From positions 65,151-129,150 of the forward strand of contig CACJPG010000002.1 in assembly GCA_902595225.1 (NCBI GenBank): a stretch of 64,000 bases of DNA. The letters run 5' to 3'. The translations under genes were made by a program, and so were the position numbers. How positions within the stretch are numbered: position 1 is the stretch's first letter; each line of letters starts with the position of its first letter. Positions 30,570-37,416 of the stretch are shown piece after piece. The stretch comes from an uncultured Thiothrix sp. Its GTDB lineage: Bacteria > Pseudomonadota > Gammaproteobacteria > Poriferisulfidales > GCA-002705445. The notes below the pieces were generated by a model. That model ran no database searches. It was not told the DNA's origin and worked only from the letters and a program-made list of their open reading frames with translations.

Positions 30570-30875
30570 ATGGAAAAGTTTTTAACGTCACTAGGCATAG
30601 CAGGTGTTATCTTTTTTCTTCTACTTGGCATTGCTCAAATATATGTGGGATTTCTTGGTATAGAATACTTTTATGGTTCAATTTGGGCGTGGGTTGCCGT
30701 TTTTTGCGCATTTTTTCTACGTATCGTATTTCCTTGTACAATCGGATCTTATTTTGGAGCATTATACGTTTTAGAATGGGAGTGGTATTTTGCGCTAGCA
30801 TTCGCATTACCAGGTATTCTATTTATCCTTCCAGCGACAATAACTGCATTAATTTCATCATTCAACAAAAATTAA
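30570..30875 (+). CDS. cassette 11, ORF c: small polytopic membrane protein
   Basis: 101 aa, aromatic-rich, 3 TM segments, with an SD-like gaggat upstream. Confidence 0.55.
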   Translation: MEKFLTSLGIAGVIFFLLLGIAQIYVGFLGIEYFYGSIWAWVAVFCAFFLRIVFPCTIGSYFGALYVLEWEWYFALAFALPGILFILPATITALISSFNKN

Positions 30876-30932
30876 AATCAGTATTATTTACTTTTTTGGA
30901 TTTGAAAATTAAATTTAGGGAGATGGTTTTAA

Positions 30933-31229
30933 ATGGATAAAAGCATTTTTTGGATAGCGCCATTAGTTGTTTTGGGAGTTGGACTTCTTCCAATGCCCTA
31001 TGGTTATTATTTTCTATCTAGGTTAGTAGTATGTGTATGTGCAATTTATTATGCTTTGCAATTTAACGAGCATCGAGAGACAACATTAGTCTGGGTATTC
31101 AGTTTTTTTGCTATTTTATATAACCCAATTATACCTATTCATCTTGGAGCAAAAGGATTATGGATTGTTGTAAATTTAATTACTGCTGGAGTATTTTTTG
31201 CAAATAAGGATAAAATCCAATTGGGATAA
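30933..31229 (+). CDS. cassette 11, ORF d: small membrane protein (PYGYY...R...NPIIPIHLG-type family)
   Basis: 98 aa, 3-4 TM segments, SD agggag upstream. The motif layout resembles a widespread small membrane protein family. That is from memory and not verified. Confidence 0.55.
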   Translation: MDKSIFWIAPLVVLGVGLLPMPYGYYFLSRLVVCVCAIYYALQFNEHRETTLVWVFSFFAILYNPIIPIHLGAKGLWIVVNLITAGVFFANKDKIQLG

Positions 31230-31238
31230 TATGCTGAA

Positions 31239-31287
31239 GACGATAACCATCCTTTCCATATAAAAACATTCGGTAACAGTCGAATAA
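31239..31287 (+). repeat. repeat R11 (array terminus): type A left arm plus core tcggtaacagtcgaataa, with no right arm or module
   Basis: GACGATAACCATCCTTTCCatataaaaacattcggtaacagtcgaataa, followed by unrelated attattagaagtgc.... Confidence 0.8.
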
Positions 31288-31331
31288 ATTATTAGAAGTG
31301 CAAAAAAGTTCATATAGAACCTAATTAAAAA

Positions 31332-31541
31332 CTAGTCATCTTTTGGCTCGTTTTTAATTTTCCAACCATTTCTTTTTAAAGCTTCCACCAATGCTTTTAA
31401 TCTTTCTTCACGAGAAGAATCATTAGATAAATCGATTTTTTCAAAAAAGATATTCTTGAGACCCGTCTCTTTCTCTCTGGATTTTATATATTTTTTTTCT
31501 ATAAATTTAGAAAATGGAAAAACTTTAGAAATTTTTTTCAT
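31332..31541 (-). CDS. hypothetical small basic protein
   Basis: 69 aa ORF. No recognisable motif. Confidence 0.4.
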   Translation of the reverse strand: MKKISKVFPFSKFIEKKYIKSREKETGLKNIFFEKIDLSNDSSREERLKALVEALKRNGWKIKNEPKDD

Positions 31542-31652
31542 TCTAACTCCGCTTTAGTACTTTAGGCGATATGCCAAGGTGTACAAGTTGATTGATTAAA
31601 TACCTAACATCATTATATTGCTCAAGGCTGCATATGTCACTTAAATAAATAA

Positions 31653-31958
31653 TTACAAGATGATCTCAAATCCCTCAAACATTGGGCGACCTATGTAAAG
31701 AGGCTTATTTTTACCAGCATTTCTGTGTGCTTTTTTAAACGATTCAGATTTAGTCCATAAAATGAAATCATCTTTACTATCCCAAACTGAGTGGGATGAG
31801 TATAATGTGTACTCTTTATTTGATTCACCTTTTAAGAGATGAAATTCGTTAAATCCTTTGACTTCATCCAAATAGGTTTCACGAGTTCTCCAGACTTCCT
31901 CGAATTCTTTTTCTTTTCCTAATATAATTTTAAATCTATTCATTGCAATATATTTCAT
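31653..31958 (-). CDS. antibiotic biosynthesis monooxygenase (ABM) domain protein
   Basis: 101 aa with the typical ABM/ferredoxin-like pattern (MNRFKI..GKE.EFE..W..R...L....GF..F.LL......Y...S.W.S...F..W..S..F..AH). Confidence 0.6.
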   Translation of the reverse strand: MKYIAMNRFKIILGKEKEFEEVWRTRETYLDEVKGFNEFHLLKGESNKEYTLYSSHSVWDSKDDFILWTKSESFKKAHRNAGKNKPLYIGRPMFEGFEIIL

Positions 31959-32004
31959 CTTTCAAAGATAACATGATTTAATTTCTGTTAAAATATTTTA
32001 GATT

Positions 32005-32289
32005 ATGAAAACCAAATTACTAAATGAAAAAGAATTTAGGGCAATCCAAAAAGCGCGAAAGTTTGTTATTTTCTTTACTTTTTTGACATTTTTATTTCTT
32101 TTTATGCTCGTGCCAATAGAGGCGATTATTGAAGAAATTATCCTTCGAAAATGGAAATGGATAATACTATTCTTATTTTGCTTACTTGGTTACTGGTTGA
32201 GTTATACGCGTCAAACATTATCTATTTTGTCGGCGTTGCCTTTTATTATTTTACTCGGGCAAGTATGGCAGTTTACTATTTATAATTGA
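32005..32289 (+). CDS. small membrane protein
   Basis: 94 aa with 2-3 TM segments. The first 18 nt (atgaaaaccaaattacta) resemble the start of the array signal peptide. Confidence 0.5.
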   Translation: MKTKLLNEKEFRAIQKARKFVIFFTFLTFLFLFMLVPIEAIIEEIILRKWKWIILFLFCLLGYWLSYTRQTLSILSALPFIILLGQVWQFTIYN

Positions 32290-32317
32290 AAAAATAAGTT
32301 ATTACTTGAAAATTTAT

Positions 32318-32551
32318 TTAGCCCTCAAGCTTTTTCTTGATTTCTGTAACCTCAGATTTTATGTCTCTAAGCACGGCTGTGATCCCGCAAGCTATCATAG
32401 TCAATACAAAACCAACTGCTAAAACAAGCAAACCCAGCTCGAAGCTTGGCATATTAAATGAGGCAAGGAGTGTGATAAATAGTAAGACTAAGGCAATTAT
32501 CCCATTTAAAGCCCCAAAAAGAGTTGATACAATTTTGTTGATCTTATCCAT
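32318..32551 (-). CDS. small membrane protein
   Basis: 77 aa with two TM helices. Confidence 0.5.
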   Translation of the reverse strand: MDKINKIVSTLFGALNGIIALVLLFITLLASFNMPSFELGLLVLAVGFVLTMIACGITAVLRDIKSEVTEIKKKLEG

Positions 32552-32610
32552 AGTGATATCCTAAAGTTATAATCAATTTATTATACTAAAAATAAACGGA
32601 GGAGAAAATA

Positions 32611-33057
32611 ATGTTAAATGTATATTTGTCAGGAGAAATACATTCAAACTGGAGACAAGAGATTATTGATTTGTGTAAAGCAGAAAATTTAGATATAAAT
32701 TTCACTTCACCAGTAACCAATCATGAAGCATCAGATAATTGTGGAGTTGATATCTTGGGTTCCGAAGACAATAATTATTGGAAAGATAACAAAGGGGCAA
32801 AAATTAATTCTATTAAAACAAAAAAATCCATAGAAGATTCCGATGTCGTTATTGTTAAGTTTGGAGAAAAATATAAACAGTGGAATGCGGCTTTTGATGC
32901 AGGATTTGCTTCAGCTCTGAATAAATCAATGATTGTTATACATGGAGATGAGCATCAGCATGCTTTAAAAGAGGTTGACGCAGCCGCTTCTGCCGTTGCC
33001 AAGGATCAAGGTCAGGTGGTGAGAATTCTGAAATACATTATCCAAGGGAACCTATAA
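32611..33057 (+). CDS. YtoQ family protein (nucleoside 2-deoxyribosyltransferase-like fold)
   Basis: 148 aa starting M.NVYLSGEIHSNWRQEI, as I recall for the YtoQ family. Confidence 0.55.
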   Translation: MLNVYLSGEIHSNWRQEIIDLCKAENLDINFTSPVTNHEASDNCGVDILGSEDNNYWKDNKGAKINSIKTKKSIEDSDVVIVKFGEKYKQWNAAFDAGFASALNKSMIVIHGDEHQHALKEVDAAASAVAKDQGQVVRILKYIIQGNL

Positions 33058-33121
33058 TTTTAAATTAGGTGGCATCAAGGAGATATTTTCAATTTTTTCA
33101 AAATAGTTTATAGTTAAAGAT

Positions 33122-33478
33122 ATGAAAAATATAAAAAAATTATCATTAATAATTTTACTTTCAGTTTCAATAACATCTTGCGGCGGCTCTGATGTAATAG
33201 TGCAAATATATGGTGCATACGAATATAATTGCACAACAGACGAATATAGAGTTTTAAGTAATAATATGATTTTACCGTTTATGAAGAAAAATAAGTGGTA
33301 TACAAAAGAAGAATTTCACGAAGCACATGTTGAGCATGCATTAGAACCATACAAAAACTTACCTATGAGTGATAGCTCTCTTGCGAAAATAACACCAACT
33401 AGAGAAATGAGTGAAGCTTACTTGGGAGAAATGACCAAGGACATAGATTGCGAAAATCCGCAAGATATTAAATTCTAA
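33122..33478 (+). CDS. lipoprotein of unknown function
   Basis: 118 aa with a signal peptide and the lipobox-like ITSC. Confidence 0.55.
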   Translation: MKNIKKLSLIILLSVSITSCGGSDVIVQIYGAYEYNCTTDEYRVLSNNMILPFMKKNKWYTKEEFHEAHVEHALEPYKNLPMSDSSLAKITPTREMSEAYLGEMTKDIDCENPQDIKF

Positions 33479-33497
33479 GTCAAATACAAGTTTCATT

Positions 33498-33836
33498 ATG
33501 AAAATAAAATCAATCCTATTATTTTTATCAATCTTATCACTGCAGGCCTTTGCCACGAACGGAGAAATGTATGAGCTCAAATGTGACAGCGGCGCTATTC
33601 CTGGGCAGATAAAACGCTGGCATTTTAATCATAAAGATGTTTTCGAAATTTATACTAATGGTTATCGAAGAGTTTATGATCTTCAAAAAAAAGAAAATCA
33701 TAATATATTTGCTAGTGAAGATGCAGAAAATGGAATGTATTATGTAACGATTAGACTTGACAAAGATGAAAGGAGCGTATTAGTCGTTACCCCATTAGCA
33801 ACATATATTGATAGTAATTGCCAAAAAATCAAATAA
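33498..33836 (+). CDS. small secreted protein
   Basis: 112 aa with signal peptide ...LSLQAFA/T. Confidence 0.55.
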   Translation: MKIKSILLFLSILSLQAFATNGEMYELKCDSGAIPGQIKRWHFNHKDVFEIYTNGYRRVYDLQKKENHNIFASEDAENGMYYVTIRLDKDERSVLVVTPLATYIDSNCQKIK

Positions 33837-33840
33837 ATAA

Positions 33841-34287
33841 TTATAACTGTTCTTTTCTGATTAAAGATTTAATTTTATTCTCACTATATTCCTCTAAATC
33901 TTTAATATGAAGGGTTAAGGCGTAATGTGAATGTTGCGCTTCTATAATAAATAAAATAATTGCTAAAATTAGAAATACTACCGAAATAATAAAAAAATTA
34001 AGAGCAAAGTTATATAAGCCTACGAATACGCAAAAAATGGTAATTAAATTAAATAGAAAGGATACACTGGAAAAGGTTTGCATCCATCGAAGTAATAACA
34101 ATCTTTCAGACAAGATTTTGATCCTTTCTGCTGAGAGGTAATTTATTGAGTCGTCTTGAGCTAGAACATGAAGCTTTCTTATTAGCATAGCTAAAGCTGT
34201 ATATTTATTAGAAAAAACCAAAAGAAGTATTGGCATTGCTGGAAATAATAATGCGGGATACCAAAAAAAATTGCTATCAATGTTCAT
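33841..34287 (-). CDS. DUF2721-like membrane protein
   Basis: The track ORF runs to 34323. I prefer the start at MNIDSNFF.... Three TM segments and the ...LIRKLH... pattern resemble DUF2721 (from memory). Confidence 0.5.
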   Translation of the reverse strand: MNIDSNFFWYPALLFPAMPILLLVFSNKYTALAMLIRKLHVLAQDDSINYLSAERIKILSERLLLLRWMQTFSSVSFLFNLITIFCVFVGLYNFALNFFIISVVFLILAIILFIIEAQHSHYALTLHIKDLEEYSENKIKSLIRKEQL

Positions 34288-34400
34288 ACATTTGTAAATG
34301 CATATATTGTGCCAACATAACAAATGTTTTTGAAATTTTTAGAAGGATTGTACAAGGATGTATATGTTAAAATATCATGTTACAAATTTGAGGCGCAAAA

Positions 34401-34697
34401 TTGGCATACGTAAATTTGAAGAAAACTACCCTAATCTTTTTTTTGGCTATTATCCAAGTTCAAATAAGTTATAGCGATCATAATCTTTATGAATTTGAAA
34501 AATACTGCAATATAGCTTGGGACGGCGATATTGGTAAGGTCGAGTGCGCTGAATCTGTATCTTATGGAGTTTATCTTGAGAGAAATTGCGAGACAAGATG
34601 GGATATGGATGAAGGTGTGTTTTATTGTAGAGGCAGTCATTTTCGATCTATTAAGAAAAGGTGCACTGCTGATGATCGTGGAAATATCAAATGTTAA
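34401..34697 (+). CDS. small secreted Cys-rich protein
   Basis: 98 aa, TTG start, hydrophobic N-terminus, 7 Cys in the mature part. Confidence 0.45.
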   Translation: MAYVNLKKTTLIFFLAIIQVQISYSDHNLYEFEKYCNIAWDGDIGKVECAESVSYGVYLERNCETRWDMDEGVFYCRGSHFRSIKKRCTADDRGNIKC

Positions 34698-34752
34698 AAA
34701 CAATTTATTAAGTCTACTGTAAAGATGATATTATCTTAAAAAAAGTTTTAAT

Positions 34753-34881
34753 ATGATGAAAGATTATAAGATTATCTATATGTTATTTATTTTTGTAATA
34801 CTAGCTTTTGCCAGCTTTTATTACATGGATCGCTATTTAAATGATATTCGCACAACTACTGAAATGGAAAAGGGAAAGTGA
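34753..34881 (+). CDS. possible 42-aa single-TM protein
   Basis: Hand translation gives MMKDYKIIYMLFIFVILAFASFYYMDRYLNDIRTTTEMEKGK. Its stop overlaps the GTG start of the next ORF (GTGA). Confidence 0.3.
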   Translation: MMKDYKIIYMLFIFVILAFASFYYMDRYLNDIRTTTEMEKGK

Positions 34882-35153
34882 GCGCAGATTTAAGTGATAG
34901 TATAAAAAGACTCGCAAAAAAAGGAAAAGAAAATGGTTTTGTTCTAATCTCAGAATTAGATGAAATTATTAAAAATCTTAAAGTTGCAGATCAACAATAC
35001 ATTAAAGACGGTCTAGAGGAATTGGAGATTCAGATTGTAAAAACACCAAAAGACTACGACGAATACAAGTATATGACAGGAGAGCAAGCAATTGAATTTT
35101 TACAGAGTCTTAGCGATGGAAAAACAAAGGCATTTGTAAAAGAGGAAGATTAA
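34878..35153 (+). CDS. stand-alone sigma-70 region 1.1-like protein
   Basis: 91 aa. ...LAKKGKENGFVLISELDEII...IKDGLEELEIQIV... resembles the RpoD N-terminal region 1.1. No sigma regions 2-4 are present. Confidence 0.45.
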   Translation: MSADLSDSIKRLAKKGKENGFVLISELDEIIKNLKVADQQYIKDGLEELEIQIVKTPKDYDEYKYMTGEQAIEFLQSLSDGKTKAFVKEED

Positions 35154-35188
35154 ATTGCCTGTCTTTATCCTTAAGATTTAACTTTATA

Positions 35189-35674
35189 ATGAAATTATTT
35201 TTACTTAGGCACGCAAAGTCAGCATGGAGATCTTTTGAAAATGATCATGACCGTGCTTTATCTGAAAGAGGTTTAGGAGATGCCAAGACACTAGCTGAGC
35301 ATATTTCTAATAGTCAAATCAGTTTTAGTAAGATACTTTGTTCAACCGCAAGACGAACCAAAGAAACTTTAAAAATTATTAAAGAAAATTCATCATATGC
35401 TTTCAAGGATATTAATTATACAGAGAATTTATATCATGCCTCTGAATCAATAATGAGAGATATTATTGAAGAAACGCAAACAGATTCTTTATTAATTGTA
35501 TCTCATAACCCAAGTATATCAGGCATGATTTCATATTTATCAGGGTCGCAAGTATATAATTTCCCAACATGTGTGTTCGCTTGCTTTAGTTTGGATGAGA
35601 AAAATATAGATAAAGACGTAAAGACAGAATATATAATTAGGCCTAAAGAGGGGAAAATAATCAGTTTAATTTAA
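35189..35674 (+). CDS. sixA: phosphohistidine phosphatase SixA-type (histidine phosphatase superfamily)
   Basis: 161 aa with MKLFLLRHAKS...RALSERG and ...SHNP.... Confidence 0.65.
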   Translation: MKLFLLRHAKSAWRSFENDHDRALSERGLGDAKTLAEHISNSQISFSKILCSTARRTKETLKIIKENSSYAFKDINYTENLYHASESIMRDIIEETQTDSLLIVSHNPSISGMISYLSGSQVYNFPTCVFACFSLDEKNIDKDVKTEYIIRPKEGKIISLI

Positions 35675-35687
35675 ATATGAAGTTGGT

Positions 35688-36005
35688 ATGAAAACGAAAT
35701 TTTTTTTTATAGTAATCGTATTGTCTTATTCGTGTGCGTTTGCGAAAGATTGTGAAGGCGAATTGAGTGATCAATGGAGCGACTGCGTGGGCACTATCAA
35801 TTCATGGTACGGCACTTATATCGGAGAATTTAAGAATGGAATGAAACACGGCAAAGGAACGATCCATTACTATAACGGGGATAAATTTGTAGGAGAATTT
35901 GAGGATGGTGAAAAAAATGGCAAGGGAAAGTTTACTTATTCGAGCGGGGAAACAAGTTCAGGAATGTGGGAAGATGATCTGTTTATAGGAAATAATGAAC
36001 AATAA
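35688..36005 (+). CDS. secreted MORN-repeat protein (outside the array)
   Basis: 105 aa, MKTKFFF...CAFA/KDCEG..W.DC.G, then YIGEFKNGMKHGKGT..YYNGDKFVGEFEDGEKNGKG. Confidence 0.7.
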   Translation: MKTKFFFIVIVLSYSCAFAKDCEGELSDQWSDCVGTINSWYGTYIGEFKNGMKHGKGTIHYYNGDKFVGEFEDGEKNGKGKFTYSSGETSSGMWEDDLFIGNNEQ

Positions 36006-36091
36006 AAATATTAGCATGTATAAAGTATAAAAAAGTAAAGAATGTCCCTATGATTTCTTCCTTAAGACCATAGGGCATCCATAAAGAGCAA

Positions 36092-36289
36092 CTAAGCGTC
36101 TTTTTCAGAATCTTCCATAACTTCTGATGACTCTTCTTTGCTATCTTTTTCCATTTTCACAGATTCTTTAGTCTCTTCTGCATGATCATGGTCTGCTGCA
36201 CGGTCTGCATCATCCTTATGTGCCCCGCTACAGTGACCAGCAAAAGATACTGCTGAGAAAAAATATAAAACTAATAATAAATATCTCAT
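36092..36289 (-). CDS. small secreted acidic His/Cys-containing protein (tandem paralog 1)
   Basis: 65 aa, signal peptide ...FFSAVSFA/GHCSGAHKDD..., acidic Ser/Glu/Lys-rich tail ending EKDA. Confidence 0.55.
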   Translation of the reverse strand: MRYLLLVLYFFSAVSFAGHCSGAHKDDADRAADHDHAEETKESVKMEKDSKEESSEVMEDSEKDA

Positions 36290-36311
36290 GATATGTCTCC
36301 TGTAAATTTAA

Positions 36312-36512
36312 TTAGGCGTCTTTTTCCGCTTTGTTCATTGCGTCAGACGATTCATCTTTACTTTCTTTTTCAGTTTTAGCGGACTCATTTGATTCCATGT
36401 AACCAGCTTGGTCGGCCTGACGATCTGGACCATTATGACTAGCACCAGAATTACAATGATTTGCAAATGAAATCGCTGAGAAAAAGTAAATTACAAACAA
36501 TAAATATTTCAT
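36312..36512 (-). CDS. small secreted acidic His/Cys-containing protein (tandem paralog 2)
   Basis: 66 aa, ...FFSAISFA/NHCNSGASHNG..., tail ending EKDA. Paralog of 36092-36289. Confidence 0.55.
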   Translation of the reverse strand: MKYLLFVIYFFSAISFANHCNSGASHNGPDRQADQAGYMESNESAKTEKESKDESSDAMNKAEKDA

Positions 36513-36671
36513 GTAAACCTCCTAAAAATATTGAAGGTTTAGTCTATACAAAATATCTTTTATATCTATATGTAAAATATCTGTACATATTTATATGTGC
36601 AAAATATATACATTTCCACTTTTTACACACTTATGAAGCACTATATCGGTATTTCTTGATATATTGCTTTT

Positions 36672-37103
36672 ATGAACTTAATAAAATCTCACTTAAAAAT
36701 TATTATTTTTTTAATAGTCTCTGCGCAAGCCAATGCAGATGTGCAACCTGCTGACAACGATAAAATTATATCACTTATGAAACAAGGTGTACCACTGATC
36801 GACATTCGCACGAACTTAGAGTGGCAAAATACGGGCATAATAAAAAATAGCAAACTACTCACTTTTTTTGACAAAGACGGCAAATCAGATTTTAAGTCTT
36901 GGATGAATAAATTGAGAGAAATGGCAAAAAAAGACCAACCACTCATTATTATTTGCAGAAGTGGTAGAAGAAGCGGAATTGTTTCAGATATGCTTGTAAA
37001 CGAAGAAAATTATTCAAAAGTTTACAATGCAAATTCTGGTATCATGGCATGGATCAATAGTGGTCTTGAAACAACTACGGAAGGGCTTATAAATGAAAAC
37101 TAA
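36672..37103 (+). CDS. periplasmic rhodanese-domain sulfurtransferase
   Basis: 143 aa with a signal peptide and the active-site loop CRSGRRS. Confidence 0.75.
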   Translation: MNLIKSHLKIIIFLIVSAQANADVQPADNDKIISLMKQGVPLIDIRTNLEWQNTGIIKNSKLLTFFDKDGKSDFKSWMNKLREMAKKDQPLIIICRSGRRSGIVSDMLVNEENYSKVYNANSGIMAWINSGLETTTEGLINEN

Positions 37104-37194
37104 AATCTTATTCCTTGCCTTTTTAGCATTATTTTTTTCAAAATCGAGAGTGGTCTTTTTTTCTTACAAAAACTGCGAATAATCGTTAAATAAT

Positions 37195-37416
37195 ATGCTT
37201 AAGAAAAAAACAAACAAGCTCTCACAAGAACAGATTAGTGACATTATTTCATTGGCATTATCTGATGATGTGAGTTTTGATAATATTAAGAAGATGTATG
37301 ATATTAATAGCGATGAAATTAAAAGAGTTATGAAAGATAATGTTTCCTTTGGATCATATAAAAGATGGAGAGAAAGGGTCAAAAAATTCACCGAAAGAAG
37401 AAAACATTATAAATAA
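37195..37416 (+). CDS. DUF2805/TIGR03643-like small protein
   Basis: 73 aa with ...SFDNIKKMY......VMK.....SYKRWRERV.... Family assignment is from memory. Confidence 0.45.
   Translation: MLKKKTNKLSQEQISDIISLALSDDVSFDNIKKMYDINSDEIKRVMKDNVSFGSYKRWRERVKKFTERRKHYK

Larger units (their letters stand above)
20730..31287 (+). mobile_element. glmS-anchored array of 11 mini-cassettes bounded by 12 glmS-terminus repeats (integron-like logic; no recombinase in the window)
   Basis: Twelve repeat copies carry the tcN-gtN-acN-gtN-gaR-stop core, starting at 20730, 21209, 21731, 22226, 23483, 24766, 25346, 26862, 28355, 29206, 29747 and 31270. All cargo ORFs are co-oriented with glmS. The first copy has only the right arm and the last copy only the left arm. 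Confidence 0.65.

Noticed and set aside
20730-31287. Could the regularly recurring repeats be a CRISPR array?
   Set aside because: Repeat spacing is 480-1520 bp rather than about 60-75 bp. The intervening segments are full protein-coding ORFs. The repeats are about 100 bp composite units with variable arms, and no cas genes are present.
20730-31287. A classical integron (intI-attI-attC cassettes)
   Set aside because: No intI gene or attI is adjacent. The arms do not match the RYYYAAC / GTTRRRY core-site consensus. Cassettes carry their own promoter-like modules. Covariation places the exchange point between the arms rather than at the right end of an attC. I therefore describe it as integron-like in logic only.
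20745-31330. A Tn7-family transposon inserted at attTn7 downstream of glmS
   Set aside because: I saw no tnsABCDE-like ORFs, no Tn7-type terminal TGT...ACA ends with repeated TnsB sites, and no 5-bp target duplication. The junction also lies within or at the glmS stop codon rather than about 25 bp downstream. Only the choice of locus is shared.
36461-36754. Track ORF 36461-36754 (+, 97 aa) spanning the divergent spacer
   Set aside because: It overlaps the start of the minus-strand small secreted protein and the rhodanese signal-peptide region, and it translates AT-rich promoter DNA into low-complexity sequence.
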